Shown here: in pieces, positions 24,567 through 38,775 of the stretch
Layout: each line of letters opens with the position of its first letter
Numbering within the stretch: position 1 is the stretch's first letter
Assembly (NCBI GenBank): GCA_951406725.2
Contig: OX597830.1
Coordinates: 558,001-622,000 of the forward strand
Direction of reading: 5' to 3'
Source: Octopus vulgaris
Lineage: Eukaryota
Length of the DNA stretch: 64,000 bases
The notes under the pieces: generated by a model
The model's database searches: none
Told to the model about the DNA's origin: nothing
Seen by the model: the letters and a program-made list of their open reading frames with translations, nothing else
Made by a program: the position numbers and the translations under genes

Positions 24567-24964
24567 GTAAGTAGCTTGCTAACCAGCCACATGGTTCCGG
24601 GTTCAGTCCCACTGCGTGGCATCTTGGGCAAGTGTCTTCTGCTATAGCCCCGGGCCAACCAATGCCTTGTGAGTGGATTTGGTAGACGGAAACTGAAAGA
24701 AGCCTGTCGTATATATGTATATATATATATATGTATGTGTGTGTATGTTTGTGTGTCAGTGTTTGTCCCCCTAGCATTGCTTGACAACCGATGCTGGTGT
24801 TTTTACGTCCCCGTCAACTAGCGGTTCGGCAAAAGAGACCGATAGAATAAGTACTGGGCTTACAAAGAATAGGTTCCGGGGTTGATTTGCTCGACTAAAG
24901 GCGGTGCTCCAGCATGGCCGCAGTCAAATGACTGAAACAAATAAAAGAGTAAAGAGTAAAAGAG
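24561..24964 (+). mobile_element. SINE family C (tRNA head, CORE-like CTTGGGCAAGT block, internal microsatellite, CR1-LINE-derived tail)
   Basis: TGTGTGGTAAG (A box), GGTTCAGTCCC (B box), CTTGGGCAAGTG, tail GGCGGTGCTCCAGCATGGCCGCAG...CTGAAAC. Confidence 0.87.
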
Positions 24965-25250
24965 TATATATATATGTAATATGTATATATATATATATAT
25001 AAGAGTAGAAGAGATAAATGTAATATGTATATGTATACATATATATATACACACACATACACAGACACCCAGATATATGAACGTATGTATATATGGACAT
25101 CTTCATTCAGTTTGTAATTACCTTTCTAACATTTCTAACACGATCTGCATTGAATGCATACGCTTTGGTGAAAAATAAAGAACAAATATAACGATAATAA
25201 TATTAATAATAATAACAACTACAAAACAAATAATAATAATAATAATAATA

Positions 25251-25281
<31 letters not shown>

Positions 25282-25787
25282 GTAGTAGTAGTAGTAGTAA
25301 CAGTGGTAGTAATAGTAATATTATTGTTACTATTACTATCATTATAATCATCAACAGAATCGTCATGATGACCATTAATATTATTGCTACATTGGTTAAA
25401 TTTGATATTTAACAAATTATCCTATGACTAAATTCCAAATATTCTCCTATCTTCTTCAAATCATTGTCTGCCAAAGAACACATTGGCAACAGTTTCATAA
25501 AATTTATTCTGTTTTGAATAAATGCGATTAATATGTTTTCAGACACTGAACGCGATGTAATCAAGCACTTGAGACAAACATAAACACACATCATGAGCGT
25601 GTGTGCGTGTGCAAGCGTGTACACACATGTGAATGTGTATTCACACACTAACACACATATATCCTTTAGAAAGTTTATAAACTCAATGTTAGTGAAATGT
25701 CATATATGAGCGTAATTTTAAAACCGAGCGCGTAATCAGATAAAATGTGTAATAGTAGTAGTAGTAGTAGTAATAAGAAGAAGAACA

Positions 25788-25862
<75 letters not shown>

Positions 25863-26250
25863 GTAGAGATATTGCCGTTTTGGAAACTGAATATTAAAAT
25901 TGCAATTTTGACTGAGGTTCTTCAATTGTCTGATGTGTTTACATGGTGAGAAAATAGGGTATTAAACAGTTGAGAGTTTTATATGAGTGTGTTTGCGTGT
26001 GTGTGTGTTTTGATTTATGCACACATACATGTGTACACACATTTATATGCATATGTGTATATATATATACACATACATGCATTCATTTACACACCCACAC
26101 ACACATTTATACAATGGTTTTGGTGCAATATCTTAGCATGGTACTTTATTACTTGTGAAACGTGCTTTACTTTAATTTTTGCAATAATTTATAAAAACGT
26201 ATCCCCTTTCAAACTTTTATCTCTGTCTGAAAATCTTTTAATTTCTAACT

Positions 26251-26350
26251 TTCTCTCCGCTTATCTCTCATTCTCCCTCTTTCTCTCTGCTTATCTCTCA
26301 TTCTCCCTCTTTCTCTACGCTTATCTCTCATTCTCTCTCTTTCTCTCTGC
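26251..26350. repeat. 30-bp minisatellite, about 3 copies
   Basis: TTCTCT.(C/T)GCTTATCTCTCATTCTC.CTCT repeated with period 30. Confidence 0.85.
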
Positions 26351-27103
26351 GTAAACCATGCTAGAAGGCCGCACCCCTGCAGTGGATATCTGTGCAGAAT
26401 AAAATTAGTGTAGAATAGATTTTGCATGAGCAAGCAATCAGAGTAAAGCGATCTAGGGTCATGAAATTGGTAGAACAAGTAGAAAACCCTGTGATGGCGA
26501 TGTGCAACTTTTTATCAGCTCAGATTTGTCTAGGCACAAACCTATTTAGGGATACTCTTCAACCAACTAGAATGCATAACACGTCTCATGTGAACTAACC
26601 ATCTCTAATACCCGATTCTAGTTGTCAATTTTTATTGTATTATTATATTTTCGTCATAGGATGGTAATGATCATCTCATCTCCCCGCAAACTGATTCATG
26701 AGGGAGGCAGACTCTTTTATACATCGGGTATAGTTTATCTAGGATAACATTCTATAAAGTATAATTCTTTTTATAACCTAATAGCTGATGATTTGAGAAA
26801 ATATGGTTGTTATTTCTAGCAGCTTTCGTCGTAGTTGGTGGGATGTAACATTTCTGCACACACATGTACATATGTATGTATAGATGGATGATCACGGATA
26901 TATATATATAAAGGAATGTGAGTACTGTGCAAGTACTTAATGGTTTGTCGGCGACTCCTAAGAGAATATGCACCCAGGTTCCTGCCCCAGTATACAGCAT
27001 AGGTCAACAGCTATATAAAGCAGCCATAAATAGTCGGAGTACCTAATCTGCATATTTTTGTATTTGATGGCTCGTCATTGTGCTTAAAGAATTACTATTT
27101 GAT

Positions 27104-27496
27104 AGACGCAGCTGTGGCTGGGTAGTAAGAAGCTTGCTTCCAAACGACATGGTTCATGCTTCAGTCCCACTGCGTGGCACCTTGGGCAAGTGTCTTCTAC
27201 TATAGCCTCGGGACGACCAAAGCAGTGTTAGTAGATTTGTGGTAGACGGAAACGAAAAGAAGCCTGTCGTATATATATCTATATATATACTCTTACTCTT
27301 TACTCTTTTACTTGTTTCAGTCATTTGACTGCGGCCATGCTGGAGCATCGCCTTTAGTCGAGCAAATCGACCCCGGAACTTATTCTTTGTAAGCCTATTC
27401 TATCGGTCTCTTTTGCCGAACCGCTAAGTGACGGGGACGTAAACACACCAGCATCGGTTATCAAGCAATGCTAGGGGGACAAACACAGACACACAA

Positions 27497-27543
<47 letters not shown>

Positions 27544-27911
27544 TACGACAGGCTTCTTTCAGTTTCCGTCCACCAAATCCACTCACAAGGCATTGGTCGG
27601 CCCGGGGCTATAGCAGAAGACACTTGCCCAAGATGCCACGCAGTGGGACTGAACCCGGAACCATGTGGTTGGTTAGCAAGCTACTTACCACACAGCCACT
27701 CCTGCGCCTATATATATATATATATATATATATAATCTGTGTGTCTGTCTGTGTGTGTATTTGTCCCCACCACCACTTGAAACCAATGTTGGTTTGTTTA
27801 CGTCCCCATAACCTACTTATTCTATCAAGAGACTGATAGAATAAATACCAGGCTTAAAACATACAACCTGGGGTCGATTTATTCAACTAAAAATTCTAAG
27901 CGGTGCCCCAG
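27104..27911 (+). mobile_element. Older SINE C copy split into 27104-27288 and about 27736-27911 by a nested insertion
   Basis: 5' half up to the internal (TA)n; 3' half (TACGTCCCC...GATAGAATAAATACC...GGGGTCGATTT...GCGGTGCCCCAG) resumes after the nested copy. Confidence 0.75.
27289..27709 (-). mobile_element. Full-length SINE C, inverted, nested in the older copy
   Basis: Minus strand GGCGCAGGAGTGGCTGTGTGGTAAG...tail GTAAAAGAGTAAAGAGTAAGAG; very similar to 24561-24964. Confidence 0.88.
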
Positions 27912-30900
27912 AGTGTGTGTATGCGTGTGTGTGTGTGTGTGTGTGTGCGTGTGTGTGTGCGTGTGCGTGTGATGAAGGCAGATTTTTGTCTCAACTAACA
28001 ACACAGTCGTGTTCGGTCCTGGAGAAGGGCAGCAACACCGATTATTAGCGTTCTAACACATTGATTGAAGTGTGTTAAAGCTGACAACAACTGACTGTGA
28101 GACAGGCATGTCTGTAATAACGCCGGCCTGGCATTGTTTAGATACGCATTGCAAGCGCTCTCATAGTTAATATAATACAGGGTGCTTTGAAAATAACGTG
28201 AAAACGCAGAGGGGAGAGAGAGAGGGAGTGAACGAGAGTGAGAGAGAGAGAGAGGTGTCTATTTAATTTTAGGGCGCGTGTTTGGCTATATTTTCCTGTA
28301 GGTGTCTATAAAATATGATTATGCCTGCCTTTCTTTTTTCGATTCAATAATGTCTATGAATGTTTGTTTACCTATCGACATTTTGAGGTTTTGTAGTGCG
28401 GTCAGGTCACCTAGTTTGATTTACATGTTTATAAATTTGTCATTCTCGCACAACTTTCGCGTATATTATGCTATAACCAAATTCAGTATTAATGGCAAGC
28501 ATTCTTTCGGTTACTATAATGGAGTTGGCAGTGTGTCTATGTGTAGGGGTGGGGTGTAAACCTTTGTTCTTGTACCTGTTGCATCGCATAACTTCGAGAA
28601 ATACGATTGAATAAGAACATCTTTCAATTACACTTGACATGCTTAAAGCTAGATATGTTGAACATCACCTGTATGAAACCATGAGATTGGTTATCAATAT
28701 TTATCAAAGGATGGTAAGAATTTTGTTGAATCTCGATTCAAAGAAGCAGAGATGAAGGCATACATGTTCTGTTATTGCTGATGTTTGAATACATCAATCA
28801 TGCTAAGCACCCGGAGATCAACAAGAAAGCTAGTTCAATATCTTGGGGCAAATAAGGAAACGAGTAAGCTTTGTCAATATATACATACTTTGAAATTTAT
28901 GTCACAGCGTGTGTGGAAGGAAAACGCTGGTAAGAAGCACTTTGAAAAAGCTACTGAGCCGATTCCATGGAAACCTTTATATATCATAAATAGAATTTTT
29001 AATATTTCTAATCAGTATAGAAGCAATGAACGACGATATGAAATGGAAGAATGAATCCATAAATGATTGGGAGTAGCACCGTCATACAAGTGTTCCGAGT
29101 TTCCATTCTTTATGCAATGTTTCAAACGAATTTAGTGAGAACGATTCCTCCACAGGTTCCCGTGTGACTTTCACCTGATCTTAGAGTAAAGTAAGAAATC
29201 ATACCTTTTGTCATATCAAGAAAAAATGACTTTTAATAAACGTATTTTTGGACATAGTAATGAAACGCCCATGGATGGAAATGCTAGATAATTGGTCTGC
29301 TTCATCAAAGCCACATTGAGGCATACAACACTAACATTTTTGTACAATCACATTCCCCTTGTAACACAGCATTTTATGTTTAATGAAATTTAATTTGTTT
29401 TGAAATTACACCCACTAAATATTCTAACCAGAATTAGTCTTTTAGCTAATGATTTGTCGCATCAATGATACTGCGATAACTACAATATTTTGCATTACTA
29501 CATAAATTATGGGATCAGTTCCTAGCTTTATTTATTGAAAGGTTTGGTCAAGAATAATGGACGGTTCTCAGTGCTGCGGTTGATGTTCCTGTTGAATACC
29601 TTCACGTTGGGGTAAATCACAGACAGGGAAAGAGTTTTAGGAGGACTACTTTCTGAAGGAGTTTAGCGATGGTAAGATCTAAAGATGTAAGGGTGATAAC
29701 ATTAGCAACAGTAACAGATAGAAAGCAAAATTAAATACTTGAGAATATTTTATTGAAATTTTTTGGTACAATTGTCAGAAGATGAAGGACGGCATCTGCG
29801 ATCTTGTTTAAGGAAACACCGAGACTGATGACGAGGAAGAGAGGAAGAATAGACGGAAGGGGTTGTCTTTAGACTTACAAAACCAAAAAATAAGCGAAAA
29901 ATACGCATGGACTACCTCGGGTGTGGAAGTTAAATCAGACGACGAATTAAGCTTACTGCTGAGAAATGTCTGAATGTCCATTCATTGGGCTTCCTCACAG
30001 TTTCTGAGTATGGATTTAACTCACAAATATTGCGTCATCTGAAAGATATTATTGAATAGATTTGTCCAGTGAGATTGAAACCGAACCCTTATAGCTATGA
30101 AGCAAATCTCTTAACCACACAACCATACCTGGGTATTACTCTCAGCTGCACTGACCAGGGAACAATTTGAATATTGCTTTGTTATGTATTGTTTCTCGAA
30201 ATTTCAGAAACTATAAATTGTTCTCGTTTTTTTTTTCCGTTTTCTTTGTCTCATAATGTTTAAAGGTAGACGTCACTTAAAAGAAAAAAAATCAGGGACT
30301 TTCTCTTTAACACCGAGTGACTTCTCTGTGTTCTGTTCCGTGTTCTGTCGAGCTGAAAGAAGGAAAGCAATTATTTTCTGGTAGAAATGAAACATTAAAA
30401 GTTCCTGTAATTTTGTTTTAATAACCAAGATATTTGATCTTAACATTAAGATCTCCCTCCTCCCTCTCTCTATCAGTCGGTCTGTCTCTCTTCCTGTCCA
30501 CTTCCAAAAGATATTTCATTCATATGTTACATCAATAGATAAATAACTGACAAACGAAAATTATTCTTTTCCCTTATTTTCTTTCTGTTCGTCTATTACT
30601 TTATACCATCTTCTCTCTCTTCATCTACCGTTTTTTTTTCTTTTCTTTCTTTGTCATTTTATATTTTCTTATCTTCATTTTATAATTATTTTGCTTTTGA
30701 CTTCTTATTTCTTTGGTTTACTTTTCTGCTTTCTATAATTCTGTTGTCTTCTTACCCACTTGTATTCCTTTCTCTATATCTATTTACTTCCTAGACGTCT
30801 ACTTCACCCACCTCTTACATTATCTTACACTCCGTGTATTTATATTTCCTCTCTACAAACACAAACAATTAGTTACACATCTTTATCCACCACTGTGTCT

Positions 30901-31170
30901 TTTAATTAGAATTTCGCTAAATGCTTAATATATAACAGCGGGTTCTTTGTTTTGTTATTCTGAAGAAAACAAGATTTTAGTTACAACTTTTTAGATTGTA
31001 ACGTAGTTAAATATTGAAATTAAAAACCAAAATATCGTGTAAAATGCGGATAATGTTATACATATTTTGGTATCTCGACCAGTTCCATGAAAAAGTGGTG
31101 CCATTTCAGACAGCAATTAGTGTAGACAGAGTGACCCTCTGAACAATATATATATATGTGTGTGTGTGTA

Positions 31171-31201
<31 letters not shown>

Positions 31202-31236
31202 CAGTATATGTGTGCGTATGTATATATGCATGCGTG

Positions 31237-31279
<43 letters not shown>

Positions 31280-31736
31280 TAAGGAGCGTATGTATATATA
31301 TATATGCGTATGTATATATACATGTATATATGTATATATATATACATACATACATGCATATATATATATATGTATATATATATATGTATACACATACATA
31401 GAAAATACACAAACACGGACATGCAAGCACATAAATATGCAGGATACATACCTACAGATGCACACACATACATATATACATATGCATATACACACATATA
31501 TACATACATACACATGCATACATACATACACACATACATACGTACATGCATGCATACAGAGGTACATACACACACACGCAGACCCACACACACGAGCACA
31601 AACAAACAAAAGGGAACGCAGTGTAAATATCGGGCAGAGTCAAGACTTGAAAAGGTTGCAAGACGCAACGAAAAGTTTAGGAAAATAAAAATATGAAATA
31701 AGTGGAAATTTTGCCAGGCACAAAAAGAAAATGACT

Positions 31737-31781
<45 letters not shown>

Positions 31782-31949
31782 CTATATCTATTTCAATATA
31801 CATATTGAAATAAATTAGGAATTAGCATATTTAATGAAACGAGTATTAAGCATCTAATTGGAAAGTAAACGTGTGGTGAGGAAATGAAATATTAGTTTAA
31901 TAACTTGATAGCAGTGTCATTACAAACAGACACTAAAATCTAGAGTTAC

Positions 31950-32110
31950 ATCATTGATACATTATTTACACTATTTATATTTGAGTGATAATTGTGCTCA
32001 CCTTGTTTGTTGTTAAAACAACTTTTCGGTTGATATACCCTCCAGACTTCATCAGGTGTCTTGGGGAAATTTCGACCTGGGTTCTCATTCCTAAGGTATA
32101 CTTCGATGAT
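31950..32110 (-). mobile_element. Penelope-like fragment with a degenerate hammerhead (about 32014-32060)
   Basis: Minus strand ACAC-CTGATGA-AGTCTGG...TCAACC-GAAAAGTTG; core boxes present, stems decayed. Confidence 0.45.
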
Positions 32111-32814
32111 TTTATTATTATTAACCACTCTTAACCACTACGCCATATGCCCGTCAAATATCCGTGAAATGTAAATAGTGTAACTAAAGTACATAATTCC
32201 TCATCCCTTAAATATAGAACTGTAGTACATCATTGATATTCACCGCATTCTTCTCCACGTTGATGGCGTATCTCAGCAATTATCTAAAATGTTTCTCTAA
32301 ATACAGTAAAACGTGCGACCTGCCGTATAATTGTTTTCATTTAAGAATTAGTTCTATCATCACTCCTTTTGCAGTTACGGGAATGTCTAAGAAACGTGGC
32401 CTATCCGTGACAAAGACAGAAACACGTCGACAGGCACTTCTCATTTTTGCCGTAATAATATTAATTGAGTTAATGAATCTTTTTCTGTTCGATTAATTAG
32501 TTCTAATTATAATATTACTCCTCAGTACATTGGGTTTTTAAATACTGATTTTAATATATTTAGTTAACATTATTAGTTAACCTCTGGTTAGAGGCAAAGA
32601 ATTACAGCAAGTAGCAGAGGAAAACAATGGTGTAGAGAGACCGCAGACAAATGAGGGGAAGCTGGAATGAATTCGAGAGAAATTTTAGATAATCATAAGA
32701 AAGGAACAAGCATGGTGAATTATTGAGATTGGTTACCGCACCAACACTATTAATTTCATTGGATTCTTCAAGTAATGATATGAGCCTCTTGGAAATTGCC
32801 ATCTCGTCATATCA

Positions 32815-32905
<91 letters not shown>

Positions 32906-34259
32906 ATAACAAATTAGTACGTTAAACGGAGTTTGCTAGCTATGGTAGACTTGGCTAGTTGCCATATTGTGATCTCCAGCCACAGTCATTCCGTCTGACA
33001 CAGAAACACTGGCCAGAAGAGATAAATCAAAGTGATTTAATTGCGTCATGTTTTCCGCCAAGTATTGAAAAGGAAATATAACTCAATTAACTGAAAGGAA
33101 ATAACTTAGTTATTGCTTATTATTTTAATTAAATAGTCAACGGTGATTTGGAAGATTATCTGCCAAATATCTGGAAAGTTTGCTCCAAAAGATTATGTCT
33201 AGCGACAGATGTTGTCTCCTTACACCTCAGGTCCATACATTAGTTGTTAGGTCGTGATAGGTAATACAGCGTTAAAATGGAAGATTTGTCATCACAAACG
33301 AAGAAAACAGCTTAACAGTTTTCTAAACGAATATTCTGAAGAAGAATTGCAAGGATTGTATCAAGCAAGCAACACGTACATTAAGAATAATAATAGAAAA
33401 ATCCACACATGTATGTATGTAAGGTTATATATGCATGCATATATGAGGGTATACATACAAATATACACACGTACATGCATACATTTATGTATATAAAATG
33501 TATAACGGAAAGGGCAAGAAATAAGAAAACAGATACGAATTGAAATCTGTGAACAGGGGTCACCATGACGTGATCACAATACTAGCACCATTGACAGGAA
33601 CTAAAACGCTTCAAATATATTGGACTGGCACCTCCACATTAGGGCAAACTAACGCCTAAAACTTATATTGATTACTAACATCTACTATTAATTAAATGAC
33701 TTCTTAGGTTGTGAGGACGTGGGATAGTCCGTGTTAAGTGTATCAGGAAGCTTTCGTCCAGGAATGAAAACTGGCTGTTGTGTACCTCTGATCCTGCGCC
33801 AAATTACTTACACAGCTGAGCACCGCCTTAAGATACCATGATTTACCTAACAACATGTAAGCTAATGCCTGACCCCTGTCAAATACCATCTTCTCTGTAA
33901 TGGCGGCCAAGTGCCTCTTTTCTTGCTTGAAGTTTCGCTCACTCCGGCACCTTGCTCTCTCTCCGCCCAGTCGACCATCAAGCACCAAACTGATTCGGTG
34001 ATTTCAGGTATGATTGGGAGTGTTATGAAATTTTTCATTGTGTGCCCGTGTATTCGGTACTTGTCATGCATTTAACAATACATATGTTGGCTATGCCTGC
34101 ATATTTAGATATCTCCATATGATTTATACATCGCGTTATATAATTATACCCAGACACACCCACGTGCATATATATGTGTATGTATACATACATATATATA
34201 AATAGACAGATAGATAGCTAGCTAGATAGATAGATAAAGAGATAGATAGATAGATAAAG

Positions 34260-34332
<73 letters not shown>

Positions 34333-35559
34333 GATAAATAGGACGATCGAGGGATAGAGTGACAGGTCGATCTGTTGGTAGATAGGAAGCTACCTTTTAC
34401 AGAACGTAAGAATCTACTCACGTAAATTTACTGCCGTAAACTGAGTTTAGTTGCGAGTAAATCTTGAAGATCTGGCAGTAAATATAGGAACACGAGAGTT
34501 CAAGACCTCTGGATGTTTTTCTCTTCAATTTTGTTTAATTTGTCGCAAGTGAAAATATATAATATTTGCTATTGCCACAAAAGTCGATATATCTAATTTA
34601 ATAAATTCCAATAATATTTTCCAATAAATATGAGAGGAAAAAAGTGTTTTGTTATAGAATATTTCTATGATAATATTTCATTTTATATTGCCTTTTCAAA
34701 GTAGAAATTTCCTGCAGTATAAGTTTTGTTCCCAACTTAAATAGTAATGGCAAATGAGACGATTTAGATACCGAAGTAGCATGAATGGGGAGTCTGCGAT
34801 AGACTGTGGTTACTAAAACAAATAATGAGCTAAATATATTATAAAGTTGAACTTTAACCTACATATAGAAGCGGAGCAAGTGAAAATATTCCGTGACAAT
34901 CACAATTATTAAACTATTGCTACAATATCGTCTCTTAGTCTTTATAAATAGATTTGTTTTTCTCCGGTTAGAAATTATACTTCATGAAGAAATTATACTA
35001 AATAAGAATATAAGTATAATGGTGGAGGTTTCGTGGGCACATCTTTTCTTTAATGCATTTTAAGTGTCCAAATGGTTAGGAAGTTATCTCCTTTGGGAAT
35101 CAAACATTGCAACACATGAACTCATTGATACTTGCCGGGGATACTGATACCCACAGGAGACTTGATGAAGACGTGATCTAAATTAATTCAAGATTAATAA
35201 TGAATGATGTAAATGAAGTGCAATAGCCTTTGCTTAGAAATCGTAATCATGTCATTTTTTACTTTCGGCAAACGTTGATAAATTTCAGATAAATATTGAT
35301 CTGTTTGTCTCAGAAATATGCTTAGATTTCGTGAAGAGAATTCTACCCAAGATGATTAAATCAACCGGAATGTGTTGCAAGGTGAAAAAGCTGAATTTAA
35401 ATCAATAAGTAAAAGAAGAAAAATAAAGAAAAAGAATTTACGTTTAGTGACCACATTTCTGCCAAATTTTTGACTTAGTAATAAAAAGTTCATAATATTT
35501 AATATAAAATCATATTTCAAGCTGAAATTATACTCAACGGCTGAAACAAAACAAAATAC

Positions 35560-36035
35560 TGATTTCAAGATTTGGGCACAAGGTATTTCGGGGCAGGGGC
35601 AAGTCATTTATATCGACCCCATTGCTCAACTGCTACTAATTTTATTGACCCCGAAAGCTTGAAAGACAAAACCGAGACCGGTTTTGGGAGAAGGTCAGCA
35701 ATTCAATAATGGTGGTCAGTCGATTATATAGACACCACTACTCAAGTGGTGCCTATTTTATCAAGCCCGAAAGGATGAACGGCCAAATCGACCTTGGCGG
35801 AATTTGAACCAAGAAAGTGAAGACATGCTACTAAGCATTTTGTCCTATGTGCTAAGGGTTCTTTTCTACTTTTGGGCACAAGGCCCGAAATTTTGGGAGA
35901 GTGGGCCAGAGGATTAGCTCGACCCCAATATGCAATTGGTACTTAATTTATGGACCCCAAAAGGATGAAAGGCAAAGTCGACCTGGGCGGAATTAGAACT
36001 CAGAACGTAGCGACAGATGAAATACCGCTAAGCTT
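35560..36035 (-). mobile_element. Cluster of three tandem SINE A fragments
   Basis: Three ATCGACCCC/CCCGAAAG(G)ATGAA blocks, the last with GGCAAAGTCGACCTGGGCGGAATTAGAACTCAGAACG. Confidence 0.75.
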
Positions 36036-36094
36036 TTTACTTTGGACGATATATGATAAAACCAGTGAAAATATGGAAATTGCAAGAACTGTTG

Positions 36095-36181
<87 letters not shown>

Positions 36182-36433
36182 GTCTATCTGTCTGTCTGTC
36201 TGTCTGTCTATCTATGCGTGTCTGTCTGTCTGTCTCTCTCTGTCTCTCTCTATCTCTCACACACTCTCTCTCTCCTGTCTGTCCCTCTTTCAGCAAATAC
36301 CTGAGGACGTCACTGTTACTTTTCTACAGTTGAAGGCAGAGGTAGAAAGAAAAATAAAAGGTGTTTAGTAGACGAGGCATGCTTGAAGAGAGCGGTAAAG
36401 CGAGAGAGAGGAGGGACAGTGAGGGAGTGAGTT

Positions 36434-36465
<32 letters not shown>

Positions 36466-36984
36466 GACAGAAAGAAAGGTGGCGTTTGTTTTGTGATTTT
36501 TAAATGTTTCTTAGTTTGTTCAGAGTCGACAGCAAATATTGGATGTTACTTTTACTTTCCTACAATTATATATTTATGTGTGCGTGTGTTTGTGTCTGTA
36601 TTTTGGTTGGATTATATAGTTATCGGTTTTACACTTCTCTCTATATTCTGTAAGTGTCACAATTTACTGATGCTTACATTTTTAATTATCTCACACTGAG
36701 GACGGGTAACCACCCAGAAACCATGGTGTATAGGTATCACGTAAAGTTGGCGATGTGAGCGATGTCCTCCCTTGCAAACACTGTGTGTCGATAGCCAGCT
36801 CGAAAGGATGTTTTCCTGGGTCTTAAGGAGCAGTAACATCGTCCTTTTTAGGACCGCCACATTCTGATGGCAAATAAACTTCACATTTTTAATATTTTCC
36901 CTACACACAACAGATTAGATTGTTGGAAAAGACAAAAATTATAATATCAGATTACAACAATTTACCTTAGCTGACAAGAACCCT

Positions 36985-38030
36985 CCCTAGTATCCTAGCT
37001 GTCCCTAATAACACTGTTTTCTGGGCCTGTACTAAACTGGGTTTTATGCCTATTTCCTCTATCTATCTGTTCAGGTCTTTACGAATAGTCCCCAGTACAC
37101 CTATAATTCCTGGGATACATTTTACCCGCACTTTCCCTAGTCTCTATAATGCAATGGCTAGGTACTGGTACTTTGCTATTTTTTCTATACCTCTCATGGA
37201 TTTTTTCATCATTTGAGACTGTAAAGTCAATTATTTGGCACTTTCTATTCTATTTATTTACTACTACTAAATCAGGCCTTCTAGCTTCTATTACTTTGTC
37301 AGTCTGAACATTAATGTCACAGAACATCTTGTATTTCTTATTTTCCAGTACTTTACTAGGTTCATGTTCATACCATTCCTTAGTATCTTTAAATCCAAGC
37401 TTTGTACATTACTCCCAGTGAATTACTTTCCCTAGGTTGTCATGTATTTTCTTGTACTCTTTCTGTGCCAGAATGCTAATATTCACTTATTATATGAATA
37501 ACGCTTTCCTCTTTTGATTTGCATAACCTACATTGGGAATATATTTGTTGTTTATCTATCTTGGCTTTTATCCAATTAGCCCTTAATGCTTGATCTTATG
37601 CAATTTCTAACAAATTTTCTATCTTCCCTTTCAGCTTTCCTTCCTGCAAACATAGCCATGTGTCACTACTTACTATTTGCTGAAACTCTGTTTGGCAGGC
37701 AATCTACCATGAAACGCATTCTCCTGCCAGTCACATAACTTCTGCTCGTTTTTCTGGTTTTTAACTTTGAAGTTTTGGCCTTCGCTGTAACTCTAGCAGC
37801 TCTACCTGCTTAGATCAATAAGTTAGTGTCTCCTATATTTTTAGAATCTATCCTACTGATAACGGAATCGACTCTCCTAATCATTTCTAGCCGCTTCCTT
37901 TTGTTGGTGCCTTTTAACGCTAGCAAGCTTTTTCTCACACCTTTACTCATTACTTCCTGCAACTCATCTAAAATCTTATGATGTTCCTCACTTAAGTCGC
38001 TGGTACTCATCATTGTTTATCATCTTGCTG
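36985..38030 (-). mobile_element. Dong/R4-type retrotransposon relic with the RT domain deleted
   Basis: Minus strand N-terminal ...VDSVISRIDSKNIGDTNLLI*AG followed closely by DQALRANW..CRLCKSKEESVIHIISE (CCHC), AQKEYKK.HDN, WYEHEPSKVLEN, QTDKVIEARRPD (restriction-like endonuclease). Confidence 0.82.
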
Positions 38031-38717
38031 AAAGAAATATTACTCTCCTATATATCACCTTAGAGCCTCAGAGTTCACGTAAACTATCAGGACAAAGCAG
38101 CAACTCAGTAGTCTGTCCTCAGATAGCACCAGTCACTTATAGTTCTTTTCTTTTTACTAATTACTCATTACCCGCATTCATTTTACCAAAGTGAACTGTG
38201 ATAGCATTTGTGAGCACTCCCGGTTCACTTTAGATATCAAACACATAATTTAATAGCGACGAGTAAATTTATGAATTTGTTATTCAACTGCACACATACA
38301 TCGAATAGACATCGCTGCTAACAGCTAATTAAATCAGTCAACATCTCCCAACACACAACTTTCAAACAATAAGCTACGCAATTGCAGGCAGACGAAACAT
38401 TAAATACAAAATCAAATATTCTAGGAATTTAATTTGAATATTTCGTGTGTATTATTTTAGTTCAACATCTTTATTGGACTTTAATAGTTATCCCCTCTTC
38501 CCTTCTTAATATTTGTCATATATTTCAGTTATTATATTTTAAGCATTTCAAAAAGTGAGAGATATTGAAAGACTAGATGCTGAATAGAAAAGATGAATAT
38601 AAATAAGAGGAGAGAGAGTGAGAGCGAGAGAAATAAAGATAGGTTGTAGTGAAATGCGAAGTGTTATAAAGTTAGAGGATAAATGTCGAGTTAAGTCGGA
38701 AGTAATAGCGGAGAGAG

Positions 38718-38774
<57 letters not shown>

Positions 38775-38775
<1 letters not shown>

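Noticed and set aside
26355-26570. Helitron-like non-autonomous fragment ending in CTAG
   Set aside because: No subterminal hairpin and no second copy in the window to support the call
33743-34071. Minus-strand ORFs of 81 and 69 aa in moderately GC-rich sequence
   Set aside because: No recognisable motif; probably a decayed repeat that I cannot classify
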